Shown one piece after another: positions 26,652 through 33,827 of a stretch of 33,827 nt of DNA. Position 1 is the stretch's first letter, and every line of letters starts with the position of its first letter. The position numbers and the translations under genes are program-made. The stretch is from Bacillales bacterium UBA6448 (GTDB lineage Bacteria > Bacillota_I > Bacilli_A > RF39 > UBA660), in the NCBI GenBank assembly GCA_002439555.1, contig DJOC01000056.1, positions 42,756 to 76,582 on the forward strand, given 5' to 3'. The notes below the pieces were generated by a model. That model saw only the letters and a program-made list of their open reading frames with translations. It was not told the DNA's origin and searched no databases.

Positions 26652-27596
26652 ATGATAAAATTTGAAAAACCAGAATACAAAATTTCAGAATATAATGAAA
26701 ATAGTAATTATGGTAAATTTGAACTAGAACCACTTGAAAGAGGTTTTGGTACAACTATTGGAAATGCACTAAGAAGAGTATTACTATCTAGTTTACCTGG
26801 AAGTAGTGTAACATCAATTAAAATTGATGGTGTAATGCACGAATTTCAAAAAATTGATGGTATAGTAGAGGATGTTACTCAAATAGTATTAAACATCAAA
26901 AAGTTAGTAGTAAAAAATCATACTGAAGAAGAAAAAGTACTTCATTTATCTTGTGATACAGAAGGCCCGGTAACTGCAGGTATGATTGAACAAAATGCTG
27001 ATGTTGATGTAATTAACCCAGATTTAGTTATTTGTAACCTTGTAAAAGGTGGAAAAATAGATATGGAACTTACTATAAATAATGGTAGAGGATATGTTGA
27101 TGCAAAAACAAATAAATTAAATATGAAAGAAATTAAAGTTGGTGTTATTCCAGTAGATTCAAATTATTCACCAATTGAACTTGTTAAATACGAAGTATTA
27201 GATACAAGAGTTGGTCAAGATGAAACTTATGATAAACTTGTTATGGAAATTACTACAAATGGTAGTATGACTCCAGAAGAAGCATTGGCTTTATCTGCTA
27301 AAATATTAGTAGAACATTTTGCTATCGTTGCAGATTTAAATAGTATTAGTAATATTGCTGGTATTATGCAAGAAAAACAAGTTGATAATTTAGCAAAAAC
27401 ATTAGAAACACCAATTGAAGAAGTTGACTTCTCTGTTAGAGCATTTAATTGCTTAAAAAGACACGGAATTCATACTCTTCAAGATTTAGTAAATATGAAA
27501 GAAGTAGAAGTTACTAAAATTAGAAACTTAGGAAAGAAATCTCTTAAAGAGGTCATTGACAAAGTTGCTGATTTAGGACTACAATTTAAGGAGTAG
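26652..27596 (+). CDS. rpoA: DNA-directed RNA polymerase subunit alpha
   Basis: GKFELEPLERGFGTTIGNALRRVLLSSLPG. The C-terminal domain has SVRAFNCLKR.GI.TL.DL. Confidence 0.97.
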   Translation: MIKFEKPEYKISEYNENSNYGKFELEPLERGFGTTIGNALRRVLLSSLPGSSVTSIKIDGVMHEFQKIDGIVEDVTQIVLNIKKLVVKNHTEEEKVLHLSCDTEGPVTAGMIEQNADVDVINPDLVICNLVKGGKIDMELTINNGRGYVDAKTNKLNMKEIKVGVIPVDSNYSPIELVKYEVLDTRVGQDETYDKLVMEITTNGSMTPEEALALSAKILVEHFAIVADLNSISNIAGIMQEKQVDNLAKTLETPIEEVDFSVRAFNCLKRHGIHTLQDLVNMKEVEVTKIRNLGKKSLKEVIDKVADLGLQFKE

Positions 27597-27599
27597 AAT

Positions 27600-27938
27600 A
27601 TGTATCGTAAATTAGGAAGAAATAATAAAATTAGAAGAAGCATTTTAGCTGGACTTACTAAAGATGTTATTATGCACGAAAGCATTGTTACAACTGAATC
27701 TCGTGCTAAAGAAGTAAGAAAATTTGTTGATAAAATGATTACTTACGGAAAAGATGGTTCACTTGTTGCAAGAAGAAAAGCTTTAGCATTCTTACACAAT
27801 GATAACGAAGTTGTTCAAAAAGTATTTAATGATTTAGCAAAAAGATATGAAAACCGTGCTGGTGGATATACAAGAATTATTAAACTTAATGAACGCCGTG
27901 GCGATGATGCTTTAGAGGTAAAATTAGAATTAGTATAG
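27600..27938 (+). CDS. rplQ: 50S ribosomal protein L17
   Basis: YRKLGRN...RRSIL..L....I.HESIVTTE.RAKEV and GGYTRI. Confidence 0.96.
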   Translation: MYRKLGRNNKIRRSILAGLTKDVIMHESIVTTESRAKEVRKFVDKMITYGKDGSLVARRKALAFLHNDNEVVQKVFNDLAKRYENRAGGYTRIIKLNERRGDDALEVKLELV

Positions 27939-27958
27939 ATTTTTCTATACTTTTTTTT
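27932..27958 (+). terminator. Rho-independent terminator ending the ribosomal cluster
   Basis: AGTATAGA (27932-27939), loop TTTT, TCTATACT (27944-27951), followed by T7. Confidence 0.7.
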
Positions 27959-27996
27959 ATTTAAAAATTTTCTTTAGAAAACTTTAACTTTTTTTA

Positions 27997-28025
27997 TTCA
28001 ATATTTACTTATTATATGTTAAAAT
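27997..28025 (+). promoter_or_regulatory. extended -10 promoter candidate for parA
   Basis: TGtTAAAAT (28017-28025) with a weak -35 TTCAAT (27997-28002) at 17 nt. AGGAAG RBS before ATG 28053. Confidence 0.3.
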
Positions 28026-28052
28026 ATATAGTAGCAGTTAGGAAGTGTTAAT

Positions 28053-28838
28053 ATGGCAAGAGTAATATCATTAGTTAATCAAAAAGGTGGTGTAGGTAAG
28101 ACTACTACAAGTATAAATTTAGCAGCCGCTTTAGGACAATGTGGGAAAAAAACCCTTCTTATTGACATGGATCCACAAAGTAATGCTACAACTGGACTTG
28201 GTTTTAATACCACTGATTTTGAGCACGATATTTACGAAACTATAACTGGTTTATGTGAAATTAAAAAGGCTATATATAAAACAAAATTTAAAAATTTAAG
28301 CATTATTCCCTCGACATTAAATTTAGCGGGAATTGATGTTGAATTTGTTAAAAAGATGTTTTCTGATAATACATTTCAAAGGAATAATCAATTAAGAAAT
28401 GCATTAGAAACAATTAAAGATAATTTTGATTATATAATAATTGATTGTCAACCATCTTTAGGACTTTCCACAATGAATGCCCTTGTTGCAAGTGATGCTG
28501 TTATTATACCAGTACAATGTGAGTTCTATGCTTTAGAGGGTATTACTCAATTATTAAACTCTATAATAATGGTTCAAAATTCAATGAATCCTGAACTTCG
28601 TATTGAAGGTGTACTACTTACTATGCTTGATGGTAGAACTAATATTGGACTTGAGGTAATCGAAGAAATAAGAAAATATTTTAAAGATAAAGTATTTAAT
28701 ACAATTATTCCAAGACTTGTTAGACTTGTAGAGGCTCCGAGTCACGGAAAACCAATTAATGAATACGATCCAGAAAGTCGTGGTGCTGAAGCATATCATA
28801 ATTTAGCGAAAGAGGTGATTGAAAGAGATGGAAACTAA
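28053..28838 (+). CDS. parA: chromosome-partitioning ATPase ParA/Soj
   Basis: Deviant Walker A NQKGGVGKTTT and IIIDCQPSLG. It is followed by parB. Confidence 0.92.
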   Translation: MARVISLVNQKGGVGKTTTSINLAAALGQCGKKTLLIDMDPQSNATTGLGFNTTDFEHDIYETITGLCEIKKAIYKTKFKNLSIIPSTLNLAGIDVEFVKKMFSDNTFQRNNQLRNALETIKDNFDYIIIDCQPSLGLSTMNALVASDAVIIPVQCEFYALEGITQLLNSIIMVQNSMNPELRIEGVLLTMLDGRTNIGLEVIEEIRKYFKDKVFNTIIPRLVRLVEAPSHGKPINEYDPESRGAEAYHNLAKEVIERDGN

Positions 28839-29694
28839 GAAAAAAGCTTTAGGTAAAGGATTAGAGGAATTATTTTCTAATTCATCATTTACAATTGATA
28901 CTTTAGAAGATACAATTGTTAAAGAGGAAAGAAGTAATGCCACCGAAATTGAACTTTCACAAATTAGACCAAACCCTTATCAACCAAGAAAAGTCTTTGA
29001 TGAAGAGGCTTTAAATGAACTTGCTGATTCAATTAAAGTATATGGCGTAGTTGAACCAGTAATATTAAAGAAAAGTGTTAAAGGCTATGAAATTGTTGCT
29101 GGAGAAAGAAGATGTAAAGCATCAAAAATAGCAGGCCTTACAACAGTACCAGCAATAATAAAGGATTTTACTGATGAAGAAATGATGGAAATTGCTCTTC
29201 TTGAAAATATTCAAAGAGAGGATTTAAATCCAGTAGATACAGCAATTTCTATTTCTAATATTTTACAAGTTAAAGATATGACTCAAGAAGAATTTTCTAA
29301 AAAATTTGGTAAAAGCAGAAGTTATATTACTAACCTTTTAGGACTTTTAAATTTACCAAAAAGTGTTCAAGAACTTGTTAAAAATGGAAAACTTTCAATG
29401 TCACACGCAAGATGTTTAAGTAAAATTGATGATGAAGAAAAAGTTATTAATTTAGCAAATAAAATAATTAAAGAAAACTTAAATGTTCGTGATGTTGAAA
29501 AAATGTTATCAAAAAAAGAAGACAAAAAAGTAGTTAAAGAAAAGAATGAAAAATTTAGAATGTATGAAGATGCATTTAGTGATACAATTGGTAATAAAGT
29601 TAGAATTTCAAATAAAAAGATTGAAATATCATATAATTCAATGCAAGATTTAAATAGAATAATGGAGATTTTAAATATAAACTTTAACGACTAG
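28828..29694 (+). CDS. parB: chromosome-partitioning protein ParB/Spo0J
   Basis: KKALGKGLEELF, IRPNPYQPRK and IVAGERRCKASK (GERR box), plus an HTH region. I prefer the ATG 28828 start (9 nt after AGAGGTGA) over the track's TTG 28819. Confidence 0.9.
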   Translation: METKKKALGKGLEELFSNSSFTIDTLEDTIVKEERSNATEIELSQIRPNPYQPRKVFDEEALNELADSIKVYGVVEPVILKKSVKGYEIVAGERRCKASKIAGLTTVPAIIKDFTDEEMMEIALLENIQREDLNPVDTAISISNILQVKDMTQEEFSKKFGKSRSYITNLLGLLNLPKSVQELVKNGKLSMSHARCLSKIDDEEKVINLANKIIKENLNVRDVEKMLSKKEDKKVVKEKNEKFRMYEDAFSDTIGNKVRISNKKIEISYNSMQDLNRIMEILNINFND

Positions 29695-29705
29695 AAAGGA
29701 TGTTT

Positions 29706-29903
29706 ATGAAGCAAGAATTTAGTTTAAATGATGAAGTTATAATGAAAAAACCTCACGCGTGTAAAACAAATTTATGGGTTGTAACTAGAATTGGTGCTGA
29801 TGTAAAAATCAAATGTAAAAATTGTGGACGAGAAATAATGCTTGATCGTCTTGATTTTTATAAGAAATTAAAAAAGGTGATTAAAAATGAAAAGGAAGAT
29901 TAG
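29706..29903 (+). CDS. DUF951 (YyzM-like) small protein
   Basis: KKPHACKTNLWVVTRIGADVKIKCKNCGREIML matches the DUF951 pattern (KK.H.CG...W.i.R.GaD..ikC..C). It occupies the same position after parB as Bacillus yyzM. I prefer the ATG 29706 start for its RBS spacing; the alternative is 29700. Confidence 0.7.
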   Translation: MKQEFSLNDEVIMKKPHACKTNLWVVTRIGADVKIKCKNCGREIMLDRLDFYKKLKKVIKNEKED

Positions 29904-31425
29904 AAATAAAGTTAAATTACATCCAGTTATGAGTATACTTATAATAATTTTTGGAGTAATAGTTTTAAGTTTGCTTTTATCTATATTTAACTTTTCTTTT
30001 TCTTATACAGCAATTAACTCTTCGAGGGGAGAATATATTACAACAACTGAATCAATTATAAATATGTTTTCTTTACACGGACTTAAATATATTTTTGCTA
30101 ATACAGTTGCAAATTTTGCAAATTATAAAGTTTTATCAAATTTAATTATAATGCTTATTGGTATAGGAGTAATGGAAAAAAGTGGTTTCTTACAAACTGC
30201 TTTAGGACTTCTTACTAGGAAAACAAAAAAAAGGACAATAACTTTTGTTATTATATTAATATGTTTAATATCAAGTATTATGGGAGATATACCATTTTTG
30301 GCTATTATTCCCCTTTCTGGATTAATATTTAAATATGGTAAAAGAAATCCTAATATTGGTGTTATATCATCTTATGCGGCTTTAACTTGTGGTTATGGAT
30401 TATCAATATTTTTCACAAGTATTGATTCCTCACTTGCAAATCTTACAACAATGAGTGCAAAGATGCTTGATAGCAATTTTACATTTAATACATTTTCTTT
30501 AATATTATTTATGACTGTATCAATTTTAATTTTATCATTAGTATTAACTTATGTTACAGAAAATGTTGTTGCAAAAAAGTTACCTAAATATGAATTTATT
30601 GATGATTTAGAAATGGAGTTTAATCCAACAAAAATTGAACTTAAGGGTTTAATTCTTTCAATCTTTGCTAGTATTATTTATTTAATTATGATAATTTATA
30701 ATATTATACCTGGACTTCCTTTATCAGGAAACTTCTTAAATTATCGTGAAAGTTTATATATTGATAAATTATTTGGAACTAATTCATTTTTCTCAAATGG
30801 TTTTGTATTCATTATAACAATTTTATTTATAATAATGGGATTAGTTTATGGTATTGTTGCTAAAAAAATTAAAAATTCAAGAGATTTTGTTGATGCTTTA
30901 GGCTACAGTTTAAATGGTATTGGTAAAACGTTGGTATACATTTTCATGGGTTCAACATTAATAAGTATTTTTAAATATTCAAATATTGGAAATGTTGTAG
31001 TGGCTGGTCTTACTAATCTTATTGTTACCTCAAATTTTACAGGACTTGCTTTAGTATTTTTATTATTTGTATGCTCAATTATAGCAACAATATTTGTGCC
31101 AGGATCTACGAATAAATGGGCAATAATGTCATCATCAGTTGTACCTACATTTCTAAATGCTGGTATGTCTTCACAGTTTACTCAACTTATATTTAGACTT
31201 GGAGAATGTGTAAGTATTGGAATAACACCTATATTTGCTTATTATATTATATATTTAGCGTACCTTGAAAGAGGTTCACAAAGTAAAAATGAATTAAGTA
31301 TAATTGATTCAATTAGATTTATGTTACCATATAGTGCGGTAACTGCATTTACATTCGTTGCTCTAATTATTTTATGGTATTTAATTAATATACCTTTAGG
31401 TGTTAACGGATTTGTATTTATTTAG
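29887..31425 (+). CDS. AbgT-family transporter (p-aminobenzoyl-glutamate/antimetabolite efflux family)
   Basis: 512-aa polytopic protein. Colinear similarity to E. coli AbgT, recalled from memory: HP...; N.FS.HGL...F.N.V.NF; GIGVMEKSGFL; LIFRLGE; and a C-terminal WYLINIPLG. Confidence 0.78.
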   Translation: MKRKIRNKVKLHPVMSILIIIFGVIVLSLLLSIFNFSFSYTAINSSRGEYITTTESIINMFSLHGLKYIFANTVANFANYKVLSNLIIMLIGIGVMEKSGFLQTALGLLTRKTKKRTITFVIILICLISSIMGDIPFLAIIPLSGLIFKYGKRNPNIGVISSYAALTCGYGLSIFFTSIDSSLANLTTMSAKMLDSNFTFNTFSLILFMTVSILILSLVLTYVTENVVAKKLPKYEFIDDLEMEFNPTKIELKGLILSIFASIIYLIMIIYNIIPGLPLSGNFLNYRESLYIDKLFGTNSFFSNGFVFIITILFIIMGLVYGIVAKKIKNSRDFVDALGYSLNGIGKTLVYIFMGSTLISIFKYSNIGNVVVAGLTNLIVTSNFTGLALVFLLFVCSIIATIFVPGSTNKWAIMSSSVVPTFLNAGMSSQFTQLIFRLGECVSIGITPIFAYYIIYLAYLERGSQSKNELSIIDSIRFMLPYSAVTAFTFVALIILWYLINIPLGVNGFVFI

Positions 31426-31439
31426 GATGGGGGATTAAT

Positions 31440-32540
31440 ATGTCATTAAAAGCGGGAATTGTTGGCCTTCCAAATGTAGGAAAATCAACTTTATTTAATG
31501 CTATTACAAAGAAAAATATTATTGCGGCAAATTATCCATTTGCCACGATTGAACCAAATGTTGGTATTGTTATGGTTCCAGATAAAAGAATGGACTATCT
31601 AGTTAATATGTATGAACCTAAAAGTGTTGTGCCCACAAGTTATGAATTTATCGATATTGCAGGCCTTGTAAAAGGTGCCTCAAGTGGTGAAGGACTAGGT
31701 AATAAGTTTTTATCACATATTCGTGAGGTTGATGCAATTGTTCATGTTGTAAGATGCTTTGATAATCCAGAAATAATACACGTTTCTGGTAAGGTTGATC
31801 CAATTTCAGATATTGAAATAATTAATACAGAATTAATTTTATCTGATTTAGAGATTGTTCAAAATAGACTTGATAAGATTGAAAAAAAAGCACAAGCTAC
31901 AAAAGATAAAGCACTAGCCCTTGAGGTAAATCTTTTAAATAGAATTAAAGATGCTTTACAAAAAAATATTTTAGTAAAAAATCTAGAGTTTAATGAGGAT
32001 GAACTTAATCTTTTAAGTGGATTTAATTTAATTACTCAAAAGAAAGTTATTTATGCAGCAAATGTCCTTGAGGATGATGTTATAAATGGTGATAATGAGT
32101 ATACAAAGTTAGTTAAAGAGTATGCTGAAAAAGAGGGCTCAAGCGTTATTGTTATGTGCGCTAAAATGGAAGAAGAATTATCATCACTTTCAGATGAAGA
32201 AAGAAATGAGTATTTAAAAGAATTAGGGATTGCAAATAGTGGACTTGATAAACTTATATTTGCAACATATGATTTATTAGGACTTGCAACATTCTTTACC
32301 TGTGGAAAAGATGAAGTAAGAGCGTGGACTTTTAAAAAAGGAATGCTTGCTCCAAAATGTGCTGGTATAATTCACTCTGACTTTGAAAGAGGCTTTATTA
32401 AGGCTGAAGTTATGAGTTTTGAGGACCTTGAAACATTTGGAAGTGAAGTTAAAGTAAAAGAGGCTGGTCGTCTTCGCCTTGAGGGAAAAGAATATGTTAT
32501 GCAAGATGGTGACATCTGTTACTTTAGGTTTAATGTTTAA
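31440..32540 (+). CDS. ychF: redox-regulated ribosome-binding ATPase YchF
   Basis: [16 protein letters not shown], the [18 protein letters not shown]-motifs, and the C-terminal TGS-like [15 protein letters not shown]. Confidence 0.96.
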   Translation: MSLKAGIVGLPNVGKSTLFNAITKKNIIAANYPFATIEPNVGIVMVPDKRMDYLVNMYEPKSVVPTSYEFIDIAGLVKGASSGEGLGNKFLSHIREVDAIVHVVRCFDNPEIIHVSGKVDPISDIEIINTELILSDLEIVQNRLDKIEKKAQATKDKALALEVNLLNRIKDALQKNILVKNLEFNEDELNLLSGFNLITQKKVIYAANVLEDDVINGDNEYTKLVKEYAEKEGSSVIVMCAKMEEELSSLSDEERNEYLKELGIANSGLDKLIFATYDLLGLATFFTCGKDEVRAWTFKKGMLAPKCAGIIHSDFERGFIKAEVMSFEDLETFGSEVKVKEAGRLRLEGKEYVMQDGDICYFRFNV

Positions 32541-33658
32541 TGGAAAAAGTATTTATAACAAAATGTAACGACTATGAAAATTCTAAGAATGCACTTTTAA
32601 GTATTCTTAGTAATTTTGAGTGTCTAAATAAAATTAATTCTAAATCAAAGGTTTTAATTAAAGCAAATTTGGTTTCGGCTTTACCTCCAGAAAAAGGTGC
32701 CACCACTAATTATTTACTTTTATCTTTTTTAGTCGAATATTTAAAAAATAAAGGCGCAGAAGTTGTAATTGGTGATAGTCCTGGGGGGCTTTATAATAAA
32801 GCCCATTTAGATAATATTTATAAAGTAACTAAAATGACTGAAACAGGGGCAAAATTAAATTATAATTTTAGTATTAAAAATGCTTCGAATAATGAAGCAA
32901 TGTTTTTAAAAAATTTTGATTATACAAGTTATATTGATGATTTTGATTTTAAAATAAACTTTTGTAAATTAAAAACACACGCAATGATGAAAATGAGTGC
33001 TTCAGTAAAAAACTTGTATGGAACTATTCCAGGACTTACAAAGTCAGAATATCATTATAGATTCCCAAATCACGATGATTTTGCCAATATGTTAATTGAT
33101 ATAAACGAATATTTTAAATTTGATTTAAATATCGTTGATGCTGTAATTGGTATGGATGGTAATGGTCCTACGATGGGAAATCCTAAAAAGATTGGGGCAA
33201 TAATTGCTAGCATCAATCCCTATGCTTTAGATTATATATGTGCTAAAGTTATAAATTTGAATCCAAATTCCGTTAATACAATAGTTCAAAGTGAAAAAAG
33301 AGGATTATTTAATCATAATGAAATTACTTTAAATGAAGATATTAACAAGTTTTCAACAAAAGATTTTGATTTAATAGAAAATGCAATTGATATAAAATTT
33401 TATAATCATAGTATAGTTGGAAGTGCAGTTGCTAAAATATTTGAAAATAAACCATATTGTTATAAAAATAAATGTATAAAATGTCAAAAATGTAAAAATA
33501 TTTGTCCTAAAAAGGCTATAAGTATGGAAAATGGCTTTCCAGTTATAGACAGAAGTAAATGCATAAAGTGTTATTGTTGCCAGGAATTTTGTCCTGTTGG
33601 TGCAATGAGAGTTAAAACAAATATTTTAAATAAAATTTTAAATTGGAGGGTTAAATGA
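32540..33658 (+). CDS. DUF362 domain protein fused to a 2x[4Fe-4S] ferredoxin domain
   Basis: VLIKANLVS...ATTNY and VVIGDSPGG are DUF362-like. The C-terminus has CIKCQKCKNICP and CIKCYCCQEFCP. TAATG overlap with ychF. Confidence 0.72.
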   Translation: MEKVFITKCNDYENSKNALLSILSNFECLNKINSKSKVLIKANLVSALPPEKGATTNYLLLSFLVEYLKNKGAEVVIGDSPGGLYNKAHLDNIYKVTKMTETGAKLNYNFSIKNASNNEAMFLKNFDYTSYIDDFDFKINFCKLKTHAMMKMSASVKNLYGTIPGLTKSEYHYRFPNHDDFANMLIDINEYFKFDLNIVDAVIGMDGNGPTMGNPKKIGAIIASINPYALDYICAKVINLNPNSVNTIVQSEKRGLFNHNEITLNEDINKFSTKDFDLIENAIDIKFYNHSIVGSAVAKIFENKPYCYKNKCIKCQKCKNICPKKAISMENGFPVIDRSKCIKCYCCQEFCPVGAMRVKTNILNKILNWRVK

Positions 33659-33827
33659 AAAAAATAGTTATTTTTGGTGGAGGTAGTGGACTTTCACAAC
33701 TTTTAAAAGGTTTAAAATTATTTCCTCTTGATATTACAGCGGTAGTTTCTGTATCTGATAATGGTAAAAGTACAGGAAGACTTCGTAAAGAAATGAATAT
33801 TCCTGCAGTCGGAGATATTACAAAAGT
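33655..33827 (+). CDS. yvcK: YvcK/CofD-family (UPF0052, gluconeogenesis-factor-like) protein, 5' end only
   Basis: My translation is MKKIVIFGGGSGLSQLLKGLKLFPLDITAVVSVSDNGKSTGRLRKEMNIPAVGDITK, which matches the GGGTGLS...VaDdGGSSGrLR...PPGD signature. ATGA overlap with the DUF362 gene. It runs off the window. Confidence 0.75.
   Translation, partial: MKKIVIFGGGSGLSQLLKGLKLFPLDITAVVSVSDNGKSTGRLRKEMNIPAVGDITK

Noticed and set aside
28053-29694. parS sites (TGTTNCACGTGAAACA) within parA or parB, and DnaA boxes (TTATCCACA) in the 27939-28052 spacer.
   Set aside because: I found none by eye. The nearest fragments (for example CCTCACGCGTGTAAAACA at about 29748-29765) have too many mismatches. The visual scan is not exhaustive.
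515-32504. Minus-strand ORFs in the track: 515-865, 7384-7638, 8140-8412, 9668-10018, 12275-12487, 13961-14155, 15515-15772, 16828-17025, 20952-21233, 22579-22800, 27479-27685, 28614-28799 and 32277-32504. Also the alternative-frame plus-strand ORFs 11102-11347 and 22464-22658.
   Set aside because: All of them lie entirely inside, or antisense to, well-supported conserved genes. They have low-complexity, Leu/Ile/Phe/Lys-rich translations typical of AT-rich shadow frames, and they lack an RBS. 13961-14155 also covers the S10 promoter and leader.
1-33827. tRNA or rRNA genes, CRISPR arrays, IS elements or transposases, integrases, toxin-antitoxin pairs and known defence-system genes.
   Set aside because: There are no GC-rich structured-RNA-like stretches, no regularly spaced direct repeats, and no ORFs with transposase, integrase, nuclease or defence-type motifs. 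Nearly all sequence is accounted for by the genes listed.

Overview
The window is a strongly AT-rich chromosomal segment of low-GC Gram-positive (Bacillota) type. It uses the standard genetic code: TGA terminates several genes, and an RF2 gene with its TGA-dependent frameshift is present. The lineage guess (an Erysipelotrichia- or Mollicutes-related, somewhat reduced genome) is inference only. Every gene I can support is on the + strand.

Content from left to right:
- 1-2602: the 3' end of a Cys-rich hypothetical gene, then a brnQ-like carrier translationally coupled to two NUDIX hydrolases.
- 2603-7046: a loosely packed islet of poorly characterised, apparently monocistronic genes. These are an XRE-family membrane regulator broken by one in-frame TAA, a DUF1835/DUF3658-like protein, an orphan 3-hydroxyacyl-CoA dehydrogenase homologue, a 214-aa orphan behind a perfect consensus promoter with a duplicated operator-like motif, a CmpB-type membrane protein, and a short kinase-fold protein.
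- 7047-13795: prfB (classic +1 programmed frameshift, missed by the ORF track), a signal-less VanY/VanXY-like M15B peptidase, tilS, ftsH, secG and gpmI.
- 14144-27938: a complete S10-spc-alpha ribosomal cluster, rpsJ through rplQ, including secY, adk, map, infA and the unlisted 37-aa rpmJ. It has no rpmD (L30).
- 28053 to the end: parA, parB, DUF951, abgT-family, ychF, DUF362/ferredoxin and the 5' end of yvcK.

I found no tRNA or rRNA genes, CRISPR arrays, transposases or long repeats.

I do not see a convincing novel multi-gene system, because most of the window is conserved housekeeping. The items most worth a second look are:
- the 2.6-7.0 kb islet, especially the duplicated AAGTGT-N6-TACACA motif around a perfect promoter and the minimal kinase-fold protein;
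- the nonsense-interrupted XRE gene;
- the cytoplasmic VanXY-like peptidase coupled to prfB;
- a Rho_N/HeH-like tail on FtsH;
- a deviant P-loop in Adk;
- the direct fusion of an origin-type parAB-ychF block to the end of the ribosomal cluster.
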